From: a candidate division FCPU426 bacterium
GTDB taxonomy: Bacteria; Oederibacteriota; Muellerivitia; Muellerivitales; Muellerivitaceae
Direction of reading: 5' to 3'
NCBI GenBank assembly: GCA_963738405.1
Contig: CAVTWJ010000013.1
Span: 31,766 to 95,765 of the forward strand
Length of the DNA stretch: 64,000 nucleotides
Below the pieces are notes generated by a model. The model saw nothing but the letters and a program-made list of their open reading frames with translations. It did no database searches and was not told the origin of the DNA. Position numbers and translations under genes: made by a program. Within the stretch, counting starts at the first letter, position 1, and each line of letters begins with the position of its first letter. Positions 51,252 to 59,349 of the stretch are shown here, in pieces.

Positions 51252-52061
51252 ATGCCTTTATTTCACATCGTCGTATGCGGCGGGCTGGTGCCGGATCCTC
51301 TGCAGACCCTGGAACCTGTGACGAATCCTAACGGCCCAGCCTTGAAAAACGAGTCGATGCTTCCTTCTATTTTGGACCCCTGGGCTTCAAGTGCCCTCTA
51401 TGAGGCCGCCTCTCTGGCCAAGACCCATACGGGGTCGAAAGTTTGGCTGGTTTGCGCCGCCCCTAAACCTAAGATTCAGCAGGTCATGATGGCATTGGCC
51501 CAGCGGGCTTCTTTTGAACTCGTGCCGGTGGATGCCCCAGTCGGCGGCTTTACGGATAGCGCCGAATGCGCCGCGGTCCTTGGTGAAGCGGTGAACGCTA
51601 TCCCGGGCGTAGACAAAACCCACCTGCTCCTATTCGGCGGTTGGGAATCGGCCTCGCGTGGGGCGGGTTCCACCTTGGCCATGCTGGGTGAACGATTGGG
51701 ACTCACCGAGCAATTCCAGGGGGTGGATCAAGTCAAGGTAAACGCCGACGGAAGCCTTGAAATTCTAGAACGGGTGGAAGGGGGCAAACACCAAGTCTCC
51801 ATCCTATCCGCTCCCCCGGCCGTGTTGGGCTGGGCCACCGGAAGCCTGCCGGAGCCGCCGAATAACCCCCAGGTTGGGATGGCGAACATGAAAACCCTAA
51901 TGCCGGCTTTGCAAAGGGCCAAGACTGTCAAGTTGGCCGGTGAAGGGCTGACTTATCAATCTGTGGCCCTGCCCAAACTGAAAAGGGAAACCAAGATCGT
52001 TAAAGACATGCCGGTAGCTGAAATAGCCAAGGAAATCGTGGACTGGGTCAAAAAAAAGTAA
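51252..52061 (+). CDS. etfB: Electron transfer flavoprotein beta subunit (divergent)
   Basis: HIVVC..VPD, LDPW..ALYEA, LLFGG and ERVEGG; operon context. Confidence 0.82.
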   Translation: MPLFHIVVCGGLVPDPLQTLEPVTNPNGPALKNESMLPSILDPWASSALYEAASLAKTHTGSKVWLVCAAPKPKIQQVMMALAQRASFELVPVDAPVGGFTDSAECAAVLGEAVNAIPGVDKTHLLLFGGWESASRGAGSTLAMLGERLGLTEQFQGVDQVKVNADGSLEILERVEGGKHQVSILSAPPAVLGWATGSLPEPPNNPQVGMANMKTLMPALQRAKTVKLAGEGLTYQSVALPKLKRETKIVKDMPVAEIAKEIVDWVKKK

Positions 52062-52071
52062 GGATCGAAAA

Positions 52072-53085
52072 ATGGAGACCATTCTTTTATTAACCCCGGT
52101 GGACGGGAACGGAAAAGTGATCAAGGCTGGTTTGGAAGCGGCTACGGCGGCTAAAAACCTGGCCCAGGCCCTGGGCGGCGCAAAGTTAATGGCGGGAATT
52201 TTTGGGGCCAAAGTTGAATCGGCTGATTCCTTGGCCGGGATGGGATTCGAGAAAGCATTGTCGATCGAAGCGGATGCTCTTTTCCAACCTCGTTATGCTA
52301 CCGACGCGGCGGTTTGCGAGGTGCTAGCAAAGGTTTCAGGAGCCACGCTGGTAATGGCACCGGCGGTTTCCCGCATCCAACGGGTGATCTCCGGTGTGGC
52401 CCAAAGAGTGGGTGGCAAGATCGACACCCATTTGACAGAGCTGGCTGTGGATGGGGGATCGCCTCAGGCGACCCGCTGGTATTACCGACAGAGACTTTTC
52501 GCCAAACTGACGCGAATTCAAAGGCCATGGTTTCTCACGATTGAGCCCGGCACCCAAATGCCCCACGCCGGGTCCGGCACTTTGACTTTGGAAAAAATAA
52601 CAGTGAACCTGCCTGAAAGCAGGACGAAAGTGATCGGTGAAAAATCGCCGGGGTCAGGGGCCCAAACCATTCGGCCGGACGCGGATCTATTGTTTGTGGC
52701 AGGCGCAGGCTGGTGCAAAAAGCAGGGAGACGGGAAATTGCATGTTCCTGAGGCGGAAAAAACCATCCTTGGATTCCTTGAAAAGACCCAAGCTTCCCTG
52801 GGGGGCAGCAAGTCGGTTGTGGATCAGACCGGGGAGGGGGCCGTACTTTCCTTCATGAGCCACTTAAATCAGGTGGGCCAAACCGGTTCCACCCCTCGGC
52901 ACGCCAAAGGATTGGCTACCTGCTGTCATGGAGAGGAGCCCCATGTGGTTGGATGGCGTTTCGTTAATGAGCGCCGGGCGGTGAATTTGAACGCCAATTG
53001 CGGATGGGCCCAGGGCAAGGCTGATGTGCTTTATGTGGCCGACGCCTTCCAAGTTATGGCCAAGGTGAATGAGATGCTGGGTTAA
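52072..53085 (+). CDS. etfA: Electron transfer flavoprotein alpha subunit (divergent)
   Basis: LFVAGAG, LGGSKSVVD, QVGQTG and ADVLYVADAF; operon context. Confidence 0.85.
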   Translation: METILLLTPVDGNGKVIKAGLEAATAAKNLAQALGGAKLMAGIFGAKVESADSLAGMGFEKALSIEADALFQPRYATDAAVCEVLAKVSGATLVMAPAVSRIQRVISGVAQRVGGKIDTHLTELAVDGGSPQATRWYYRQRLFAKLTRIQRPWFLTIEPGTQMPHAGSGTLTLEKITVNLPESRTKVIGEKSPGSGAQTIRPDADLLFVAGAGWCKKQGDGKLHVPEAEKTILGFLEKTQASLGGSKSVVDQTGEGAVLSFMSHLNQVGQTGSTPRHAKGLATCCHGEEPHVVGWRFVNERRAVNLNANCGWAQGKADVLYVADAFQVMAKVNEMLG

Positions 53086-53141
53086 GGGGCCCAAGGGTAT
53101 ACTACATGGGTGTATCAAACCGGTTTCAAGCGAGGTCAAAC

Positions 53142-53324
53142 ATGCCTTTTTTGAATGTGGTAGACGCGGTAGGGGTGGAATACACCATCAACACCGAGAA
53201 TCTTGTTTTATTGCGGGATGGCAAGAACGTGCACGAGTTGGTTTTCATGGATGGAAGCAAGATTAATTTGAAACCTGAGGAAGCGGTTCGTGTGAAGGGA
53301 TTACTCACTCCTGCGCCAAATTGA
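53142..53324 (+). CDS. Small hypothetical protein (weak FlbD-like pattern)
   Basis: GAGG RBS; MPFLNVVDAVGVEYTINTENLVLL..MDGSKINL. Confidence 0.6.
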   Translation: MPFLNVVDAVGVEYTINTENLVLLRDGKNVHELVFMDGSKINLKPEEAVRVKGLLTPAPN

Positions 53325-53465
53325 TTTATTTAAAAAACGAATCGTTTTAAACGTATTGTTTTTGGTATATCGGGAAACCTTATTGAAGCCCTTATGAACA
53401 CATAATTTGCCCCTTGCTGGTATAATTTATCTATTAAATGTTGTTCTATTTTAAGGAGCGAATTT

Positions 53466-53969
53466 ATGAAGACGATTTTAGCTTTTCTATTATTTGGATT
53501 TTGCTGTTTTGCCCCCTTGGCTTGCCGGACTACTGGTCACCTATCACCCACACTGCCCTTTACGCCTACCCCGACAGTGAATACGACTCCTGTTTGTGGA
53601 TTTACTCTCGTTCCTGGAACAGTCAATTTACTTTCTCCAGGGCCCTATTATGTTATTCAAAATGCGGCTGAATGGTCTGCCGCCAACCCGAATGGCACTG
53701 GTGTAACCATGCCCCCGGTCAATTTTTCTAATCAGATGATCGTGGAATATTCTGAATGGATTCAATGGAATTGTGGGTGTTCCCCGATCCCTCCATCGAT
53801 TACTTCCGTTTGTGAGTATTCCGACCACATTGAAGTTGACTACCAAAATGGTGGGGTTGCCTGCCCACCTCCGGCTGCGTACACCTGCAACTCATTTTTT
53901 TCTAACTATTTCCAAGCCTTGGCAATTGTTCCCCTCTCGAATCTACCTGTTTCTTGGGTTAAGAACTAA
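53466..53969 (+). CDS. Cys-rich lipoprotein with a PrcB C-terminal-like domain
   Basis: AAGGAG RBS and lipobox PLAC; VIQNAAEW..PPVNFSNQMIV..ITSV..IEVDY. Confidence 0.7.
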   Translation: MKTILAFLLFGFCCFAPLACRTTGHLSPTLPFTPTPTVNTTPVCGFTLVPGTVNLLSPGPYYVIQNAAEWSAANPNGTGVTMPPVNFSNQMIVEYSEWIQWNCGCSPIPPSITSVCEYSDHIEVDYQNGGVACPPPAAYTCNSFFSNYFQALAIVPLSNLPVSWVKN

Positions 53970-54107
53970 TAGTTTTTACTTTTTTCTAAATTCCATCAAC
54001 CGTAAGGCCGTCAAGGCTGTGATTCGACTTGCGGGCTTATGAACCCCCTTCCAAATCAGGAAATATCCAATTTTTCAGGGGTGATTCGTTATTTTTCCTC
54101 CATTTGT

Positions 54108-54134
54108 GGTAACTTCGCCGTGCCAACCCCTCTA
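54108..54134 (+). promoter_or_regulatory. Putative ECF sigma autoregulated promoter GGTAACTTCG-N11-CCTCTA
   Basis: Lies 23 bp upstream of the sigma start codon; the same motif with the same spacing occurs at 59025-59051 on the minus strand. Confidence 0.75.
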
Positions 54135-54157
54135 TACATGGTTAAGGAGAAGGGCCC

Positions 54158-54718
54158 TTGGACTTCAATGACGACCAATGGCAGGCCTGGACCCAGTTAA
54201 TGAAACAGACCCAGGAAGGCGACCGGGAAGCTTACGAGAGCCTTTTGGCGGGCATCAGCCCCCTGGTCTTCAACTACGTGCGTAAAAGGGTTTTTAATTC
54301 CCAACACGTAGAGGATGTGTATCAGGAAGTGCTGATGACCTTTCATAAGGCCAGGCATACCTACCGCACCGAAATGCCATTCTCCCCCTGGTTTTTCGCG
54401 GTGATCCGAAACGCTATTTGGGCCGCCTTGCAAAAGAACCGCAAGATTGCCCAGAGTGAAGTGCTGATGGAGGACTTCCCTGACACGGCGGCTTTGGAGC
54501 CGGTGGAGGGCGGGGTAGACGACCGGCTTCACAGGGCTTTGGAATCGCTCCCCGAAGGGAATCGCCAAGCGGTGGAGATGCTGAAGTTCAAGGGGATGAG
54601 TGTGGAAACGGCGGCGAAGGAACTTGGGATTTCCAAGATCGCCCTCAAGGTGCGGGCGCACCGCGGATACGCCCTTTTAAGAAAGTTTTTAACGGAGCCA
54701 CAGGACAAACAAGAATGA
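54158..54718 (+). CDS. ECF RNA polymerase sigma factor (NrsF-associated type)
   Basis: GDREAYESLL, EDVYQEV..HKARHTY..PFSPWFFAVIRN and ALESLP..KVRAHRG; AAGGAG RBS. Confidence 0.93.
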   Translation: MDFNDDQWQAWTQLMKQTQEGDREAYESLLAGISPLVFNYVRKRVFNSQHVEDVYQEVLMTFHKARHTYRTEMPFSPWFFAVIRNAIWAALQKNRKIAQSEVLMEDFPDTAALEPVEGGVDDRLHRALESLPEGNRQAVEMLKFKGMSVETAAKELGISKIALKVRAHRGYALLRKFLTEPQDKQE

Positions 54719-55410
54719 GCGAATCGATGAACACCCATCCCTTAACCGAGAACCTCCCCCCCGCCCAACGGGCTTTGGTGGAAAGGCTTGCGGCCGAAGC
54801 CCGGCCCTACAGGCCTGTTCCTTCGGTGGGTCTCCAATGGCTGATTTGGCTGGGGTTTTCCCTGCTAGTCGTGATGGTTTCCCTTTTCTTGATTGGACCC
54901 CAGTTTGAAATTATGGAAAGGCTTTCCGAACTTTCCTCAGGCGGGTTCTTGGCTTTGGCTTTTGTCTTGTCGGCGGTAACGGCATGGATGGGTATCGCTT
55001 CCAGCATGCCCGATTACCGTCCCCATCCTGCGCCCCGCGTTATTGCCGCTCTCTTCGTACTTTTTCTTTTCAGCATGCCTTTCTTTTTCTTCGACCGGGA
55101 TACCCTTTCGCAGGTGTGGGCCAACAATATGGAAGATGGGTGGTTTTGCGTCAGGACGGTCGTGCTGGTAGCCTTTCCATCGTGGGTGATGCTGGGCTGG
55201 ATGGTTTCCCGCAACGCTTCTTTCCATCCCGGATGGACCGGGGCCTGGCTGGGGGTTTCGGCCTTTCTCTTGGGAACGGGAACCATACAACTGCACTGCG
55301 CCCATTGGGAAACATGCCACATGCTGGTGGATCACCTGCTTCCCATGCTGGTTTTGATTTTCCTGCCTATTTGGATTGGGAGTTACTGGTTCTCGCGGTG
55401 GAGAAAGTAG
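54715..55410 (+). CDS. nrsF: NrsF/DUF1109-family membrane anti-sigma factor
   Basis: LVERLAAEARP, about six TM segments and the conserved Cys in WFC and LHC; ATGA coupling to the sigma gene. Confidence 0.8.
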   Translation: MSESMNTHPLTENLPPAQRALVERLAAEARPYRPVPSVGLQWLIWLGFSLLVVMVSLFLIGPQFEIMERLSELSSGGFLALAFVLSAVTAWMGIASSMPDYRPHPAPRVIAALFVLFLFSMPFFFFDRDTLSQVWANNMEDGWFCVRTVVLVAFPSWVMLGWMVSRNASFHPGWTGAWLGVSAFLLGTGTIQLHCAHWETCHMLVDHLLPMLVLIFLPIWIGSYWFSRWRK

Positions 55411-55424
55411 TTCATTCGGATTCT

Positions 55425-56420
55425 CTATTTCCCGTAAACATCTTCTCGCTTTAGCACTCCGTCGTGGATGATGGTCGAGTCCAGGTTTTTGGCGTCTACC
55501 GCGGCGGGTGTTAAAAGCACGGCCTTGACGGTCTGTTGGCCGTTAGGCAATTCAACGAATTGGCAGTCAAAGGTGGTGGCCTTGCGGGCCAGTTTGGCGG
55601 CCAAATATACAGTTTCCTCGGCTAGTCTTTGGGGCGGATGGTAAATTGTCACTGTCTGGGTGCCGGATACGATCCGACGGCAGGTGGCAAGGTCCTCCCC
55701 CATTCCCGCAACGGCTACTTTTCCTGAAAGTTTCTTTATTTCCAGGGCTTGAAGAGCCATCTCGGCGAGGGAATGGTTTGAAGTTAGAATCGCGTCCACC
55801 TTGCTTTCTTTCCCCTCAAGAAAACGATTTATACTTTTCGCGGCTTCCATGGTGTCAGATCCCCCGGCAATGGAAGCGGATATTTGAATATCGCCACGGT
55901 CGATGAGGGGCTGAAGGACCCTCATCCATCCTTCTTGGATATTCTTGTAAACCAAATCATCGTCGTCCCCGCCAAAGAAAACGTAGTGCCCCTTGGGAAC
56001 TTTATTCACTATCGCCTGGGCTTGTAATTCCCCCTCCTTTAACCAATTGAAGTCGATGAAGTAATCCAAAAAACTATCTGGAATCGCTTGGTCCAGGGCG
56101 ATCACCTTGATGCCTGATTGATGGGCGGCGGCCACCAGGGGTCCGGCCTTGAAAGGATCACAGGGAATCACCACCAAGACTTGAATTCCCTTCTGCGTCA
56201 AATCTTTTACTTGGTTTTCTTGGGCAACTGGGTCATCGCTGGCGTCTTTAAGAAGTAGATCCGCGTTGGTTTCGTCCGACTCGTCCCGCATGCTTTTAAG
56301 GAAAATTTCCCTGCCCTGGGTATGGTCAATGGAGAGGCCGATCTTGACCTTGGGGCCGAGGTGTCCCCATCCCGTTAGAAACAGGAGGGCGAGGCATAGA
56401 AAGGGAATTCTGAATCGCAT
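55425..56420 (-). CDS. XylF/ChvE-type sugar ABC substrate-binding protein
   Basis: KIGLSID, QENQVKDL..GIQVLVVIP, LQPLIDRGDI, RIVSGTQTVTIY and NLDSTIIHDG. Confidence 0.85.
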   Translation of the reverse strand: MRFRIPFLCLALLFLTGWGHLGPKVKIGLSIDHTQGREIFLKSMRDESDETNADLLLKDASDDPVAQENQVKDLTQKGIQVLVVIPCDPFKAGPLVAAAHQSGIKVIALDQAIPDSFLDYFIDFNWLKEGELQAQAIVNKVPKGHYVFFGGDDDDLVYKNIQEGWMRVLQPLIDRGDIQISASIAGGSDTMEAAKSINRFLEGKESKVDAILTSNHSLAEMALQALEIKKLSGKVAVAGMGEDLATCRRIVSGTQTVTIYHPPQRLAEETVYLAAKLARKATTFDCQFVELPNGQQTVKAVLLTPAAVDAKNLDSTIIHDGVLKREDVYGK

Positions 56421-56605
56421 GGATCCTCTTAATTCGAAAGAAATGTTCAACCTCATTGATTATAGGAAGGTGTTGGGAATGGTTTCATGTAAAAAGAGAC
56501 CTTGGGCGGGTTGCGGAGCTGTCCAATCGGGGTTAAAGTTTGGCAGTTGAGTGGATTTAAGCTCAAAGGAGAACTCCCCTGAAGACGACGCTTAACGCCC
56601 GGCCC

Positions 56606-57367
56606 TTGTTTTCTACTGGTTTCAGGTCGGTTTTCTCCCTTTGCTTGATCCTTTGGGGAGCCGCGCTGATGCCCCGCCCCCTTTTCGCGCAGCAGGAAGA
56701 TGCTGGCTTGATTCGAACCCTCGAAACCGATTCGGCATCGATTGAAAATAACTACTACCTTCTTGCTTCCTTCGACAACGACACCTCTCCCTACCACTAT
56801 CAATATTTGTATGGAGAAGGGGTTTTTACTCTGGGTAAGGATTTGGGAGTGGAAGCCGATTTTCCGAGCTTTATTACTTGGTCGCCTCTGGGAAGATATC
56901 CGGCAGTTTTGGGCCCCATTGGGCTTTATCTGCGTTACGAAGCCTACCATTTCGGGGGCTGGAGCAGTGAAGAGGCGGGAATCTTCTCAATTGAGGCTGG
57001 AGGGGCCTACGGTATCACCAATAAAACCTTTCCCTATGTGGGAAGCAGTTGGACGATTGAGGCGCTGGGCGGTTACCGGATCGGGAAGCTTTTCGCTCAG
57101 GGGGAATATTGTTTCCAGGGCGGGATTGACCCCAAGGTTCCAAGTGAGTTTCAGGCCAACACGGGCTTGGGTTACAGCGTGGGATCGAATTGGTATATCC
57201 AGGTTGAAGCGGATTTTACTGATATTACGGCGCCTTTTACCGATTCTTCCTGGACCTTTATTCCCCAAATCGCCTTTCAGCCCGATGAATGGCTGTTCGA
57301 GCTGGGGGAAGCGCTCAACGAAACACCGGCAGGCGTGACGGAAGTGATGGTTGCTAGGGCTTTTTAA
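56606..57367 (+). CDS. Predicted outer-membrane beta-barrel protein
   Basis: Signal peptide LFA|Q, amphipathic aromatic-rich strands and a C-terminal Phe. Confidence 0.65.
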   Translation: MFSTGFRSVFSLCLILWGAALMPRPLFAQQEDAGLIRTLETDSASIENNYYLLASFDNDTSPYHYQYLYGEGVFTLGKDLGVEADFPSFITWSPLGRYPAVLGPIGLYLRYEAYHFGGWSSEEAGIFSIEAGGAYGITNKTFPYVGSSWTIEALGGYRIGKLFAQGEYCFQGGIDPKVPSEFQANTGLGYSVGSNWYIQVEADFTDITAPFTDSSWTFIPQIAFQPDEWLFELGEALNETPAGVTEVMVARAF

Positions 57368-57375
57368 TTCACACC

Positions 57376-58494
57376 TTAATAGTATAAATAAGCGTCCGCT
57401 ACGACCATGTCTTCCACAGCTCCCAACTGGGTATAGTTAACGGAGGATGGATTGGGCGCGGTCCGGGAAAGATCCAGCTGGAACTTCAGGTTGTGGACTG
57501 GATAACAACGGAAACTGACCACATGGCGGAATCCATCCGCCGCATTGATGCCCATCGAGTCCCAAAACCATTCGGTGGCCAATCGAAGGTAGCAGTCGTA
57601 TCCCAGATCGCCCTCGATGCTTAAATGATAAGCCTGGATGTTGTTCTGGGAAGAAGCCGTAAGCCCGTCGTAGCCGGTGTCAAATTCCGCCAGCAAAACG
57701 ATGGGCCAAACCCTGCCCCAGCCATAAGCGCCGTATCGGACGGACTTGTTGACCAAATCCAAGTTGAGTCCGTAAAGGGACCCGGCTAGGGCCCAGCCGT
57801 CTCCCTGGAACCCGCCCTTGCCGGAGAAGGCCTTTTCCGAAGTGGTGGGGTCGCCATTGAAAAACGCGAAATTCAAGAAGGCGGGGTCGGTGAAAAAGCC
57901 TCCCTCCAAACCTTCCGCTGGGTTCTCGTCAAAGCCAAAACCTAAGGGAGTTCGGACCAAGCTATTGTCATCTGCTAGTTCCAAACCGTAGGGAACCGTG
58001 AACTTGCCCAGTTTTACATAGCCGCCCGCCGGAAGGTTATTCAACAAAAGGTACATTTCTTTGGTGGAATAATCATCGAGTCGGTAGGTCAAGACTCCCA
58101 TTAGGTCTTGATTGACCTTCACCCCGATCTCAAGGGCCTGTCGGCCCCCATTGGGAACGTCAGGTGCTGGGCTTGGGCCGCTCAAAAAGCCATTTACGTT
58201 CGTGACGGGTTTGGGATAAAAGGTCTCGAAGTAACTTTCGTGAATATCCAACCCGACGGAAATCGAAACGGGAATGGCGTTGTGGGCTCCCTGGGCGGCG
58301 TTTTCCAGGCCTTCCCAATCGAACGTCGCCAGTTGATTGCCGTAATTTTTGCCGAATCCGTTGCGGAGCCATCCTCCGGTTTTGTTCATGTGGCAGGCGT
58401 TGCAGTTAACCCCTTTCCAAGCGGCGAAGTAGGGTTCAGTCCGTCCGAAACAGGGAAGCAACAACAGGCAAAATAAAGACATCTTCAATTTCAT
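57376..58494 (-). CDS. Monoheme cytochrome c-porin fusion (Cyc2-like architecture)
   Basis: Signal peptide, then EPYFAAWKGVNCNACH..LRNGFGKNY, followed by barrel strands (YVKLGKFTVPYG, LKFQLD) and an aromatic terminus AYLYY; CAGGAG RBS. Confidence 0.75.
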   Translation of the reverse strand: MKLKMSLFCLLLLPCFGRTEPYFAAWKGVNCNACHMNKTGGWLRNGFGKNYGNQLATFDWEGLENAAQGAHNAIPVSISVGLDIHESYFETFYPKPVTNVNGFLSGPSPAPDVPNGGRQALEIGVKVNQDLMGVLTYRLDDYSTKEMYLLLNNLPAGGYVKLGKFTVPYGLELADDNSLVRTPLGFGFDENPAEGLEGGFFTDPAFLNFAFFNGDPTTSEKAFSGKGGFQGDGWALAGSLYGLNLDLVNKSVRYGAYGWGRVWPIVLLAEFDTGYDGLTASSQNNIQAYHLSIEGDLGYDCYLRLATEWFWDSMGINAADGFRHVVSFRCYPVHNLKFQLDLSRTAPNPSSVNYTQLGAVEDMVVADAYLYY

Positions 58495-58525
58495 AATGAT
58501 CTCCTGAAATTAAGTATTGTTTCGG

Positions 58526-58984
58526 CTAATTGACCTGGATGGTTCCGACCATGGCCCCCGTACAGGAATTTCCACAGGTTCCGTTGCCACAGGAAGAATG
58601 GACCCCGCAATGGAAGGGGTAGATCCCTGTGCTGTTAAAGGTTACGGGGAAAGGAAAGGTCGTGTTTCCAGTGACCATGCAGGTTCCAGAACCATTATCG
58701 ACATTGAGGGGATGGCTGGCTGAATTGGTGTTGTCCCAAAGGACCGATTCCCCGTGTGTGATGGTAATTGGAGTGCTGGGGCTTATAGCGGTCGAGGAAC
58801 CTGCGAGCGCGTAATGGGGCCCCGCAATGACGCTGATGGTCACCGAGGCACCGGATGGGTTGCCTCCGCCGCCACCTCCGCCATAACCACCGTTGGAATA
58901 GCCATCTGTGGAACTATGCGTGGTACAGGCCAAGAAGGTTACGAGTGTCAAAGTGAACAGTAAGAAAAGCAGAGAATTTTTCAT
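58526..58984 (-). CDS. Cupredoxin (plastocyanin-like, type-1 Cu) lipoprotein
   Basis: Lipobox FLAC; ITITHGESVLWDN..SHPL and TFNSTGIYPFHCGVH...MVGTIQVN give His/Cys/His/Met ligands. Confidence 0.85.
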   Translation of the reverse strand: MKNSLLFLLFTLTLVTFLACTTHSSTDGYSNGGYGGGGGGGNPSGASVTISVIAGPHYALAGSSTAISPSTPITITHGESVLWDNTNSASHPLNVDNGSGTCMVTGNTTFPFPVTFNSTGIYPFHCGVHSSCGNGTCGNSCTGAMVGTIQVN

Positions 58985-59024
58985 TTTTCGTCTCCCCCTT
59001 TTTCAACCGCATTCATAAAATGAC

Positions 59025-59051
59025 TAGAGGTTAGGGGAGGACGAAGTTACC
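59025..59051 (-). promoter_or_regulatory. Putative ECF-dependent promoter GGTAACTTCG-N11-CCTCTA
   Basis: The minus strand reads GGTAACTTCGTCCTCCCCTAACCTCTA, 40 bp upstream of the cupredoxin start. Confidence 0.75.
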
Positions 59052-59349
59052 GCACTTGGAGGGGGTTTTAAGCTTTTCGAAATTCAAAAGAAAAAAGAAG
59101 TTAGAAAATCTGCGAAAACTGTCGGTTTTTCCCCAAATCGCCATTTTATGAGCCCTGGCATATGTTTATGAAAGGCCTTTTCTATATGTTAAATTTCGGC
59201 TTAAAAATTGCATTTCACTAGGAAAAATAAGGGAAATTCGTTTTCCCGTTAAACCTTTTTTTGAATATTTTCTGTTTGTTTTTGATGATTTTTTGAAATT
59301 TTTATTCAAAGGGAAGTTCTTGTCGCTAACCTGCCATAGAGGATGTCTT

